Assembly: GCA_014905635.1 (NCBI GenBank)
Contig: JABVCE010000021.1
Location: 186,001 to 250,000 of the forward strand
Direction: 5' to 3'
DNA length: 64,000 nucleotides
Source: Scenedesmus sp. PABB004
Lineage: Eukaryota
Shown here: positions 10,063 to 22,082 of the stretch, one piece after another
How the letters are laid out: each line of letters starts with the position of its first letter
Position numbering within the stretch: the stretch's first letter is position 1
Position numbers and translations under genes: made by a program
Notes under the pieces: generated by a model
What the model was told of the DNA's origin: nothing
Seen by the model: the letters and a program-made list of their open reading frames with translations, nothing else
Database searches by the model: none

Positions 10063-13000
10063 ATGCAGGCGCAGCAGCAGCAGCAGTGCCTCGCGCCCGG
10101 CGGCGGCCTGGGCGGCGGGGCGGCTGGGTACATCGACGTGCTGCCCTGCACCTTCACTGGCGGCGGCGCGCTCGCGGCGTCAACGGGCCTGCAGGCGGCG
10201 CCCGCGGGCGGCCCGGGGAGCATGAGCATGCCGCTGCCGCTGCTGCCGGGCGAGCCGGTCGAGCGGCAGGGCAGCCTGGTGGACCTGCTGCAGGAGATCC
10301 TGGCGGACGAGGACACCGACGGCCTGCTCGTGTCGCTCACGCGCAGCGGCGGCGCCGCGGGGCGGCAGGCGGCGCTGGCGGCGCAGCAGCAACAGGCGCA
10401 GGCCGCGGCGCAGCAGCAAGCCACGCTGCTTGCGCAGCAGCACCTGCTTGCGCGGCAGCAGCTCGCCGCGAAGCAGCAGCAGCAGCAGCTGCAGCAGTCG
10501 CAGCAGCAGTCGTCGCTGCCGCAGCAGCCGCCGCAGCAGCCGCCGCCGCCGCAGCAGCAGCAATGGCAGCAGCAGCAGCAGCAGCACCAGCACCAGCTGG
10601 GCCCGCAGGCCGCGGCGCTGATGGCGGCGATGCGGGACACGAGCACGCAGAGCAGCAGCCTCGGCCGCAGCTCGCTGGACGGCGGCCCGCCGGGCGCGAG
10701 CACGCCCTGGGGCGGCTCCTTCACGGGGCCGTCCGCGGCGGCGCGCGGCGGCATGCCCGCGCCGCCGCCGCGCGACGCCGCGCGGGGCGCCGGCGCCGGC
10801 GTCGCGGCGGCGATTGTGGGCGCCGAGCTGGCGGGGTCTGACTTTGACCTGGACCTGGACCTGAACTTCCTGGAGAACATGCTCACGGTGCGCCACGCTG
10901 CAGCCCACGATCGCCGCGCCGCGCCACGCCGCGCCGGCCGCGGGGGGAGAGGCGCGGCGCCGCGCGGGCTGCTGCGGGCGCGCCGCGCTGCCCCGCCCCG
11001 CGCTCTCACCCCCGCGCCCGCGCCCCGCGCCCGCGCCCCGCGCCTGCGCGACGCAGACCGAGCCCCCCGGCGGCGGCGGCGGCGGCGGCGGCGGCGCTGG
11101 CGCCGGCGGCGACCCGCGCATGCTGGCCGACATGTCTCGCATGTGCTCGCTCGCTGACCCAGGCTTCACGCTGCTCGGCGCGGAGCAGCCGCCCGACACG
11201 AGCCCCGACAACCCGAGCAGCGGGCAGGCCAACAACGGCGGCGGCCTCGGCGGCGGCAGCTTCACGGGCGGCGCGGGCGCGCTCGGCGCCGCCGGCGCGG
11301 CGGCGGGCGCGGCGCCCGGCGCGTGGGGCGGCGACCTGTGGTCGACGCTGGCCGCCGGCGGCGGCGACAACCCGCAGGCCGCCTCGCCGGGTGCGCGGCA
11401 GCTGAGCCCCGCCGCCGGCGGCGGCCTGGGCGCGCTCGGCGCCGCGCAGCAGCAGCAGCAGCAGCAGCAGCAGCACGACGCGGCCGTCGCGCAGTACGAG
11501 GCCGCGGCGGCGGCCGCGCGCGCGCAGCAGGCCGCGGCGGCCGCCGGCGGCGGCGGCTTTGCGGCCGCGGGCCCGGGCGACGACCGCGGCTACGCGCCCG
11601 GCCTCGACCAGGGCCCCGACCAGGGCGGCGGCGGGCTGGGCGGGCTGCTGCAGATGGAGAGCATCGGCGCGAGCAGCAGCCACAGCGGCAGCAGGGGCAG
11701 CAACGGCAGCGGCGCCTCGGACGACGACGACGAGGTCGACCAGCCGGGCGGCCGCGGCGGCCGGCGGCGCGGCGCGGGCGCGCGCGGCCGCGGCAAGGGC
11801 GCCAAGGGCGGCCGTGCCGCCGCGGCGGCGGCCGCCGCCGCCGCGGCGGGCGGCGGCGGCCGCGCCGCGCTGGGCGCCGACGGCGGCGCCGGCGCGGCGG
11901 CGCCGGGCGGCCCCGGCGAGTGCGGCGCCGGCGGCGCGCCGCTGCAGGCGATGCCCAAGGAGCAGGTGCAGATGATGCTGGCCAAGCTCCAGCCCGCGGC
12001 GCTGCAGCAGCTGCTGGAGCTGCAGCAGCAGCAGCCCGTGCTCGCGCGCGTCGTCATGAAGCGCGTGCTGCAGCAGCTGCAGCAGCAGGAGGCGCTCGCC
12101 GCGGGCAGCGGCGCGCGGCGCGGCGCCAGCCTCGGCGGCGCGCCCGCGCCCGCCGACAGCGGCGTCAGCGGCGGCGGCAGCGGCGCGCACCCCAACGTGT
12201 TCAAGACCCGCAGCAGCGCGCGCATGCACGACCCCTCGACGTCGCTCACGGGCGGGCACATGGCAGCCACGCGGCGGCGGCCGCTCGTCTTCTACCGCCA
12301 CCGCCAGAGCCGCTCGCTGCAGGCCGCGACGCCGCCGCACGGCGCGGCCGCGGCGGCGGCGCAGGCGCGCCTGTTTGGCGCGGGCGGCGTGGTCAAGCTC
12401 GAGCGCGGCGACGCGTCAACGCAGCAGCAGTGCGCCGCGCTCGCGGCGGCGGCGGCGGCGGGCGCCGACCTGTCCGGCCCGCTGTTTGCGCCGCCGAGCT
12501 ACGCGAGCCTGCTTGCCGGCGCGGCGACGTGGCCGGGCGGCGGCGGCGGCGGCGGCGCGCTGTCGGCCCCGGCCGCGAGCGGCGGCTGCAGCGCCGGCGC
12601 GGGCGCCGACAGCGGCGCCGCGCCGAGCGGCAGCGAGAGCGGCGCGAGCGGCGGCGACGACGGCGCCGACGACGCGATGCACTGCGAGCGCAGCGCGCGC
12701 GCGCGCAGGGCCATGGTCGGCAAGCGCGCGCGGCAGATCACGCAGAACGACCTCAGCGGCGCGGTCGCGCTCGCCGCGGCCAACGCGCGCACGGGCGGCG
12801 GCGAGCCGGGCGACGGCGGCTGCGCCGGCGCGGCGGCGGCGGCGGCGGCGGCGCAGGACGCGGCGGTGCGGGCGAGCCTGGAGGCCGCGGTCGCGGCGGC
12901 GACCGCGGGCGGCGGCCCCGCGCTGAGCGAGCCGATCGCCAACTCGGCGGTCGCGGGCCTCGCCGCGGCGGCGGCGGCGGCGTGCGTGCCCGCGCACAGC

Positions 13001-14107
13001 GCCGCCGCGACGGCGTCGTGCAGCGTCGCGCCGGCGCGCAGCGCGGCCGACGCGACGGTCGTCACGCAGCAGGCGCGCGCGCTGGTGCGCATCCTGACCA
13101 AGCTCAACACGACGCAGCTGATGCAGACGCGCAACATGCTGAGCAGCGTGCTCGCGCGCAGCGCGCCGGGGCTGATCGACCACATGCCCGCCATCGAGCG
13201 CATGGTCGCGCAGCTGCTCACGCTCAAGCAGCAGCAGGCCGCGGGCGGCGCCGGCGAGCTCGGCGGCGCCGGCGGCGCGCCGGGCGGCGGCGGCGCGCCC
13301 GCGCTCAGCGCGGGCGCGGCGCTGAGCACGCCACCGCTGGCGGGCGGCGGTGGCGGCCAGGCGTTCTCCAGCTGCCACAGCGTGCCCGCGCTGCACACCC
13401 AGGGGGGCGGCCTGGCGCTGCTGCAGCAGCAGCAGGCGGCGCTGCAGGCGCAGCTGTCGTGGGGCAGCGAAGCTGGCATGCTCCAGGCGCAGGCGTGGGA
13501 GGCGTCGATGTCGATGCCGCTGCTGGGCGCGCAGGGCGAGTCGGGGGGCGACGACCCCGAGCAGAGCGCGTACGGCCTCGCCACGCGGCGCCAGTCGGGG
13601 CGGCGCACGCGCCTGCGCTCGCTCGACGTGCCCCGCCCCGCCGCGTCGGCGGGCGGCCTCGGCGGCGGCGGCAGCGCGCCGCCGACGCTCGTGCAGCAGC
13701 TGCAGGCGCAGCAGCAGCAGCAGGCGCTGCTGCTCGCGAAGCAGCAGGCGCAGCTGCAGCAGGCGCAGCTGCAGCAGCAGGCGCAGATGCAGCAGGCGCA
13801 GCTGCAGCAGCAGGCGCAGATGCAGCAGGCGCAGCTGCAGCAGCTGCAGGTGCAGCAGCTGCAGGCGCAGCAGGCGCTGCAGCTGCAGCAGGCGCAGGCG
13901 GCGGCGGCGGCAATGCAGGGGATGCTCGGGGGGCAGGGCGGCGGCTACGCCGCGCAGCCGCCGCCCGCGCCCGGCACGGCCGACAGCGTGATGCTGGACA
14001 GCGCGGCGCTGCAGCAGCAGCAGGAGGCGGACCTGCTCTCGTGGCTCCAGGCCGACGACGACGTGTTTGCCTCCGCACCTGGGCAGGACATGCTCGCGCT
14101 GCGCTGA
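10063..14107 (+). CDS. Large Gln/Gly/Ala-rich protein of unknown function (possible transcriptional regulator)
   Basis: Exons 10063-10887 and 11057-14107 joined by an in-frame GT-AG intron; coding-like codon use; polyQ tracts, acidic patch SDDDDE followed by basic GGRRRG..KGAKG, two helical islands; no recognised domain. Confidence 0.75.
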
Positions 14108-15263
14108 GCCGCGCAGGGGGGAAACGACCTGGCGCCCGCGCGCGCCTGAGCGCGCCGGGGCCGGCGGCGGCGGCCGCGCCCGAGGAATGCTGGCGGCGTG
14201 CTGGCGGGGCCCGCCCCGCACGGCGCTCCGTGCGAACGCAGCACTTGTGCCTCCCGCAGCGCGGCGCCCGTGTGCGTGTGCACGGTGTGTGATCTCGCCG
14301 GCTCTCTCTCTCGCTGTCTCCACGCACGCACGGGTCGGCCGCGCGACGCGGCCGTTCGTGCCGGGCTTGCCCTGTGCGGCGGCGCGCGGCGCACCCGTGT
14401 CGCGCGCCGCACACAGCGGGGTCCCTCATTTCATCATCCTTTGCGTCCGGGGCGGGCGCGCGTAATAGCTGTGCTGCCGGTGGGGCGCGCCACAATGCGT
14501 TGTTGTGTTGTTGTTGGCCACGCAGCGGCGCACGGGCGCACGTGCACGCCGCACACACGCACACGCACACACACAACCACACACACACACGCACCGTCAA
14601 CAGTCGCACTCAGCACTGAACACGTCGGTGCGGGCGCCGGCGGCGAACGCGCCTGCACGTCAGCACTTGGCGCAGCCACGCAGCGGATCTCATTCAGGCT
14701 AACGCTAGCTTGTTCGCTTCCACAGAACATTGCTCTGTTGGCTATGGCTGGCGCCGCACGCTGCCCGCTGCGCGCGCGCGCGGCGTTGCCGCCGCCTCGC
14801 CGCGTGGCGCGGCGCGCCCGCGCTGCGCCGCCAGCCGGGGTGGGTGGGCGGTGGGGGCAGGGCGCACGGGATGTGCCTCTCTGGGCCATGATCTGGGGGG
14901 TGCCGAAGCGGCGCCCCCCGACAACCATCACCCGCGGCGGCGCCTCGAATCCCCAGGCGCTGCGCCTCGTTTGTTGGGAAAAGGTTGGGTTGGGCCTCCT
15001 GCCAAAGGAATTCACCCCGCGCGTGCGCCCGCCGCCGCGCCTGGGCGTCGCTGGCCCAGGCGGCGGCGGCGCGGCCCCCGGTGCGGGCTCGAATGGCCGC
15101 GACTCGCGGGGTTCAAACTGTGTGTAACGGAGCGTGCGAGGCCCAGGCTCCACCGGCGTGCACGCGGCGGCCTCCGCACATTGCTGCTGGCGGTCGCGCC
15201 ACGCGGCGCCACGGTCGACCACGCACGGCAGCTGCGCCGCCGCCGCCAGCGCGCGCGCCCGGC

Positions 15264-16637
15264 ATGGCGCCCGGCGCCGGGCGCCCGCCCACGCGGCGAG
15301 TCGCGATCGTGGGCGCCGGCTACGCGGGGCTGGGCGCGGCGCGGCGCCTGCTGGAGGCCCAGCAGCAGCAGCAGGCGCCGGGGCAGCAGCAGCGGCAGCG
15401 CGTCGAGGTGGAGCTGATCGAGGCGGGCAGCGTCGTGGGCGGGCGCGCGCGCTCGGCGCAGGTGACACACGCTGAGGCGCCGCTGTGCCGGCGGCGGCCA
15501 GCGGCGGCCGCGCGCTCGCGCCCCGCTGCCGCCTCCGGGCACCGACCCGCCCGGTGCCGTGCCGCCCGTCGCGCAGCTGCCGCGCTGCGGCCTGGACGTG
15601 GAGCTGGGCGCGACCTGGTTCCACGGCACGGTCGGCAACGCCGTGTTTGACCTCGCCGCCGCGCGCGGGCGCGCGCCGCCAGCGCCGCCGGCGTCAGGCG
15701 CGCCGGGCGACGGCCGCGCCGCCGCTGACGCGAGCGCCAACGCCGGCGGCGGCGCGGGCGCGACCTGGGAGCTGGTGCTGTGCCCGCCGGGCGGGCCGCC
15801 GCTCGCCGGGGAGGCGCGCGCCGCGGCGCTGCAGGCGTTTGAGGCGTACGGCGAGGCGCTGGCGGGCGCCGACGCGGCGGCGGCGCGCGCGGCGCCGCCG
15901 CGCAGCCTCGGGGAGGTGCTGCGGCCAGCGTTTGATGCCGCGCTGGCCGGCACGGGCGGCAGCGCCGCGGGGGCGCTGGCGGGGGAGCGACGCAGTGCGT
16001 TCACGCGCGGCTGGGCGTGCAGGTGCGGGCGCCGCCGCGCGCCGCGCTCGCGGGGGCTCCGCCCGCCCCGCCCCGCCCAGCTCCCCCCTCCCCTCCCAAC
16101 AAGCCAACAAAACGTGCCGCCGCCCAGGGAGCGCCTGCAGCGCGCCTACGATGGCTTCGACTCCACCGACGCCGCGGGGCTGGCCCACGCGCTCGAGTAC
16201 GAGGACCTGCCCGGCGACAACCTGCCCGTCCCCGGCGGCTACGCCGGCCTCGCCGGTGCGCTCGCGCGCGAGGCGGCCGCCGCGGGCGCGCGCCTGACGA
16301 CGGCGACGCGCGTCACGGCCGTGCGCTGGGCGCGGCCCGGCGGCGGCGTCGAGCTGGAGCTGCAGCCGGTGGTGGCGCCCGGCGGCGGGCGGGGCGGCGG
16401 GCCGCGGCGCACGGCCGTGTACGACGCCGTGGTCTTCACGCCCTCGCTGGGGGTGCTCAAGGCCGACGTGGCGGCCGGCGGCGGCCTGTTTGAGCCGCGC
16501 CTGCCGGCGGCCAAGGCGGCCGCGGTGTCGGCGCTGCACATCGGCGCGGTGGAGAAGATATTTGTGGAGTGGCCGCCCAGCCCAGCAGAGCAGCAGCAGG
16601 AGCCGCAGCAGGAGCAGCAGCAGCAGCAGCAGCAGCT

Positions 16638-16722
<85 letters not shown>

Positions 16723-17625
16723 CAGGCGCAGCAGCGGCGGCCGGCGGCGGGGGGCGCGCCGGCGGGGCAGGCGGCGGCCGGCGCCGCCGCGGCCGGGCCG
16801 CGCAAGCCGCGGCAGCAGCTGCACGATGTCGGCGCCGCTGCCGGGGGCGGGGGCCCCACCATGACGACGTACTGCCTGCTGTGGCCCACGAGGGAGGAGC
16901 TCTGGGGCTCGGCCTGGCTCTCGCGCGAGCAGCAGCAGCAGCAGCAGCAGCCCGCCGACCCCGCGGCGGCCCCGGGCGGGCTGCTGGCGCCCGACGTGCC
17001 GGCCGCCGACCCGGTGTACGCGGACTGCGGCGCGGCCGGGCCCGGGCAGCAGCCGCTGCCGGAGTGGCTGCGCGGCCTGCACAGCTGGCGATTTGGCGGC
17101 GGACCCGAGTGGATCAAACCGCCGCACGGCGGCGCGCCGCCGCCCGGCACGGAGCTGGCGGCGGCGGCGGCGGCGCGCAGCGCCGTGGTCTGGGTGACCG
17201 GGCGCGCCGCGCTCGAGCTGCGCGCGCTGGACGACGCCACGGTGCTGCGGCACCTTGGGCTGCTGCTTGACGCGTTCCCCGCGATCCCGCTGCCGCTGGG
17301 CGCGGAGCGCGGCGCCGGCCGCGCCCTCGACGGCTGCTCGCTGCTGCGCAGCACCTGGAGCAGCGACCCCTGCTTCCGCGGCTCGTACAGCTACCCCGGG
17401 CCGTCCGCATCCGCGAGCGGCGACGCCGCGGACGAGCTGGCGCGGCCGCTCACGCGCGCGTGCGGCGGCGGAGGCAACGGCGGCACTGACGGCACCGGCG
17501 GTGATGCGCCGCTGGTCTGCTTTGCCGGCGAGGCCACGTCGCGGCGGCACATGGGCACGGTGCACGGCGCCTGGGCGAGCGGCGTCCGCGAGGCGGAGCG
17601 GCTGCTCGCAGCGTGGGGCTTCTAG
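15264..17625 (+). CDS. Flavin-containing amine oxidase (polyamine/spermine oxidase-like)
   Basis: Exons 15264-15461, 15577-16022, 16128-17625. VAIVGAGYAGLGAARRL (GxGxxG), EAGSVVGGRA, VELGATWFHG, SLGVLK, WSSDPCFRGSYSY, FAGEATSRRHMGTVHGAWASGVREAERL. PolyQ/(EQ)n insert at 16588-16735. Confidence 0.9.
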
Positions 17626-17692
17626 CCCGTTGCGGTGGCGGCGGCGCGATGGGTGACTTACACCGACCGCCCAGCTCCGCCGCGCTCGCGCC

Positions 17693-17734
17693 TCACGCCC
17701 GCGGTGCGTCGGCGCCGCCGCATCCGTCCTGCTG

Positions 17735-17777
<43 letters not shown>

Positions 17778-19030
17778 ACCTGCTGCTGCTCCAGGAACGC
17801 GTCCATCACGAACACGTGCGGCGGCACCAGCGGCAGCGCCGACCCAGCGTGGCCCCGCGCTGCGCCGAGCGGCTCCGCCGCCGGCGCCAGCAGGTCCAGG
17901 TGCCACTCCGCGCCTCCCGGCCCGCCGAGCCACGGCGCGCCCCACGCGAAGCAGCGCTGCCGGCCCGCCACGCCCGCGCCCGCGCCGCTGGCGTCGGCGT
18001 CGGCGCCGAGCACCTCGGGCACGTGCTGCTGCAGCAGCGCCACCAGCGCGTCACCCTCCCCGTGGCCGGGCAGCTGGCTTGACTCGCGCAGGTACAGCCA
18101 GCCGCCGCCGGCGGGCTGCTGCTCGCCCGCGGCGCCGGCCGCGCCCTCGCGCCAGCCCCCGCGCGCCAGCACCTGCAGGTAGGGAGCCTTGGCGCCTGCC
18201 GCGGGCCCGGCGGTGGCCTGCAGCACAGTCAGGACCAGCCACGTGTCATCGTCGTCGCCGCGGCAGTGCGCGACGCCCAGCACTGCGGCCTGCGCGCGCG
18301 GCGGCGGCAGGCGGCGGCCAGGCACGCGGTGGTGGGCGCGTGCGCTGAGCGGCGGGGCCGCGCGCCTGGCGCGGGGGTCCCTCCCACCTTGGTGGCCTTG
18401 GCCACCGAGCACTGGCGCTTTGCGCGGCTCGCCAGGCTGCGCGCGCCCCCGAGGGCCAGTGTGCTGCTCGGGTGTGTCGTCTGCACCAAGAAGCTCGGCA
18501 GCCCGATCGCCGCTGCCGCAAGGCGCGCCCGCACCACCTCGGGCGCTGACGCGGGGCTGGCCGCGCCGGCGAGGAAGGGCCGGCAGCAGTCCTGCGGCGA
18601 TGCGGCGGCGGCGTGGTCGGAGCGGCCTCAGCGCGTGCCGAGGCACGCGCGGGGGGCGGCTGCGCCGCCGCACCTGGAACGGCAAGCCGGAGCAGCACGG
18701 GCACGGCCCGGTCGGCGCGACCGTCGCCAGGCGCTGCTGCTCCTCCTTGCGCGACGCCTGCTGCTTACGGCGGCCCCCGCCGCCTGCTGCCGCCGCGGCG
18801 CGGGCGCCGCCGAAGCCCCTGGGCGCAGTCGCCGCGGGCGCCGCCGCCGGCAGCCGCGCGGCGTCGTCGTCGGCCGCCTGCTCCGCGGCCGCCGGCGCCT
18901 CCAGCAGCTGCTGCATCAGCGGCGCGAGCGCGAAGGCCTCGCCCAGTGCGCGCCGCCGCGCGAGGAGTGCCCTCTGCGGCGGCGCCCCCATGGCGCCAGC
19001 AGGCCCCGCGCTCGGCAGGCATCGCCGCAT
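17693..19030 (-). CDS. SEC-C motif / YchJ (UPF0225)-like protein
   Basis: Exons 19030-18674, 18591-18388, 18289-17693. CPCCSGLPFQ|DCCRPFLAG...PEVVRARLAA...FLVQTTHP resembles the YchJ pattern CPCGSG..Y..CC.P...E.LMRSRY...L..T.HP; later WLYL motif; transit-like N-terminus. Confidence 0.65.
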
Positions 19031-19370
19031 GCTGGCTGCCTCGGTGCGCTGGCAGCAGCGGCGGCAGCGGCGCCGCCGGCGGCGGCGTGCGGCGTTCGGC
19101 GTTCGGCGTGCGGCGCGGTCCTGCCGGGCGGCTCGGTGCAGGCTCTGGCGCACGCCGCAGGTGCCGCGTCGGCCGCCGCCAGCGCAAAATGACGACAGTA
19201 GCGCCGCCGGCGGCTGCCGCGCTTCCGCACACTCTCGCTCGCTCGCGCTCCTCCTGACCTCGCACAACCGCTGACCTCGCCCTCGCCCCCAGCGCGTCCA
19301 CACGACCAGGGGCACACGGCGCCGCCGCCGCTGCTCGCAGCCGCCGCTGCTCGCTCGCAGCCGCATCGCG

Positions 19371-19889
19371 ATGGTCGCCACGCGCGGCAAGGCCTCCCAG
19401 GAGCAGCAGGGCGCGCTGGAGCCGACCCCGGCGGCGACGGCGCGCGGCCGCGGCAAGCGCTCGCACACGACGGCTGCGGGCGCAGCAGCGGAGCAGCAGC
19501 CGCCCGCGCAGCAGCCGGCCGCGGAGCCGGCAGCGGCCGCGCAGCAGTCGCAGCCGGCGGTGCCCGCCGACGACCTGCTGCCGCCGGCGCTGCTCGCGGC
19601 GCTGGCACAAGCCAAGGCGCAGCGGCCGGGCGAGGCGGCGCGGCAGAAGACGCGGCCGCAGCAGGAGCAGCAGCCGCAGCAGGAGCAGCAGCCACGGAAG
19701 CGGGCAAAGCGCCGGCTGACCGAGGTGGCCAAGGGGCACGTCCACGTCGCGGTGCTGCCCGCGCTCGCGGCGGCTGCCGCCGGCAGCGGCGGCGGGGCGG
19801 CGCTGCGGCAGCAGCTGCTGGGCCCCGGCATTGTGCGCTCGGCGTCCATGCTGCAGCCGGCGGGCCCGGGGCGGCGCGCCGGACTGTAA
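19371..19889 (+). CDS. Hypothetical 172-aa basic protein (possibly nuclear/nucleolar)
   Basis: Intronless ORF MVATRGK...DDLLPPALLAAL...RKRAKRR; coding-like codon use; stop overlaps TGTAA (19885-19889), the green-algal poly(A) signal motif. Confidence 0.6.
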   Translation: MVATRGKASQEQQGALEPTPAATARGRGKRSHTTAAGAAAEQQPPAQQPAAEPAAAAQQSQPAVPADDLLPPALLAALAQAKAQRPGEAARQKTRPQQEQQPQQEQQPRKRAKRRLTEVAKGHVHVAVLPALAAAAAGSGGGAALRQQLLGPGIVRSASMLQPAGPGRRAGL

Positions 19890-19973
19890 TTGCAAGACTC
19901 GTCACGTGACGCTGCACTCGCGCGCGCGTGCCGGGGAGCGGGGGCAGGCGGCGCGCGCACGCGGCGGCGCTGG

Positions 19974-20707
19974 CGCGGCGGCCTCCGCACATTGCTGCTG
20001 GCGGTCGCGCCACGCGGCGCCACGGTCGACCACGCACGGCAGCTGCGCCGCCGCCGCCAGCGCGCGCGCCCGGCATGGCGCCCGGCGCCGGGCGCCCGCC
20101 CACGCGGCGCGTCGCGATCGTGGGCGCCGGCTACGCGGGGCTGGGCGCGGCGCGGCGCCTGCTGGAGGCCCAGCAGCAGCAGCAGGCGCCGGGGCAGCAG
20201 CAGCGGCAGCGCGTCGAGGTGGAGCTGATCGAGGCGGGCAGCGTCGTGGGCGGGCGCGCGCGCTCGGCGCAGGTGACACACGCTGAGGCGCCGCTGTGCC
20301 GGCGGCGGCCAGCGGCGGCCGCGCGCTCGCGCCCCGCTGCCGCCTCCGGGCACCGACCCGCCCGGTGCCGTGCCGCCCGTCGCGCAGCTGCCGCGCTGCG
20401 GCCTGGACGTGGAGCTGGGCGCGACCTGGTTCCACGGCACGGTCGGCAACGCCGTGTTTGACCTCGCCGCCGCGCGCGGGCGCGCGCCGCCAGCGCCGCC
20501 GGCGTCAGGCGCGCCGGGCGACGGCCGCGCCGCCGCTGACGCGAGCGCCAACGCCGGCGGCGGCGCGGGCGCGACCTGGGAGCTGGTGCTGTGCCCGCCG
20601 GGCGGGCCGCCGCTCGCCGGGGAGGCGCGCGCCGCGGCGCTGCAGGCGTTTGAGGCGTACGGCGAGGCGCTGGCGGGCGCCGACGCGGCGGCGGCGCGCG
20701 CGGCGCC
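19974..20707 (+). pseudogene. Truncated duplicate of the 5' part of the amine oxidase gene
   Basis: Copy of 15163-15896 at offset 4811, including ATG (20075), intron 1 and part of exon 2. One substitution seen (15299 A vs 20110 C, synonymous). Homology stops at 20707. Confidence 0.85.
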
Positions 20708-21291
20708 ACAGGTTATTCGGCGTGAACAGCGGCGCGCCGCCGGACCGCCGCGGCTGGGTGACGACCGCGCCGCGGTCGCTCCGGCCGGCCAGTGCTCGCT
20801 GCAGCGACGGGATCTGGCTTGTAATCGCGCGCCGGCCTCCCGCCCGCCGGACCAGCGGAGCGACGCTGCACCGTGCGCGCTGGCGGCGTGCGGGGGCCCT
20901 GGGCGGGCCAGATCGCGAGCCTGCGCCCCTCTCAGCGGCGCGGGCGGGCCGTGGGGCGCCGGGGCGGGCCCGGCCGCGCCTGCCCAGGCGCGGCCGGGCG
21001 CGCCGCGGCCTGGGGCGCGGCCGGGGCGCTGCCGGGGGTGCGGGCGGGCCCCTCGGCGCCGCTGGTGCGGTCCGCCGCGGCCGGCCTGGCCGGGACCGGA
21101 CCGCGCATCGGCAGAACTTCGCGCTGCAGCCTCGTGCCGGCGGGGGGGCCGCCCCGGCGTGCAGCGCCGGAGCTCGGGCACGGCTGCGGCGCGTGGGGGA
21201 CGCGGCGGCTGCACCGCGGCGCGCGAGTCACCCGCGGCCGCCGCTGCCCGCGCCGCCGCCGGCGCGCAGGGCGCTCGCCCCTCCCCGCGCG

Positions 21292-22021
21292 ATGCTGGAG
21301 GAGATGCTGCTCCAGGCGCTGGCGGCGCCCGCGGAGGCCGCCCAGCAGCACGACGCGGCCGCCGCGGCGGCGGCGCTGGCAGCCGGCGACGCGCGCCACC
21401 TCGCGGCCGACGCGCCGGCGGGCGCGGCGTCCGCCTGCGCGGCGGCGGCGCAGCTCATCCGCGCGCAGGGCCAGGAGCCCACGCCGGCGCTGGTGGCGGT
21501 CGTGGCCGTGCGCCTGCTCTCGCGCGCGCGGGCGGCGGCCCAGGCGGAGCCGCAGCCGGCGCCCGACGCGCCCGGCGCGCCCGGCGCGCCGGCGGCGCAG
21601 CGGCACGGCCCCGTGCAGCGCAGCCGCACCACCAGCTCGCTCGGCGGCGCGCCGGGCGGTGGCGGCGGCGCGGTGCGCTTTGCGCGGCGCAGCAGCAGCC
21701 TCACGACCAAGTCGGCGCCGGCGCGCGCGCCGGACCGCGACGCCGGCCGCGCCGCGGCGGCCGCGGCCGCCGCGCCGGCCGCGGCGCCGCGCCCGGGGCG
21801 CGGCCGCACCGTGTGCCAGGTCGACGGGTGCGGCGTGGAGCTGGCGTCGGGCAAGGCAACGTACTCGGGGCGCTACCGCGTCTGCCCGCACCACATGATG
21901 GTGCGGCGGCGCCGCCGGCGCGCCGCGCGCGGCTGCGCGCCGCGCCCACGCGCCCACGCGCCCACGCGCCCACGCGCCCACGCGCCCACGCACCCACGCG
22001 CCCACGCGCCCACGCGCCCAC

Positions 22022-22082
<61 letters not shown>

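Noticed and set aside
14840..15130. Possible telomerase, SRP, MRP or snRNA gene
   Set aside because: Hairpins are present but no diagnostic motif was recognised; AACCCAACC does not template TTTAGGG.
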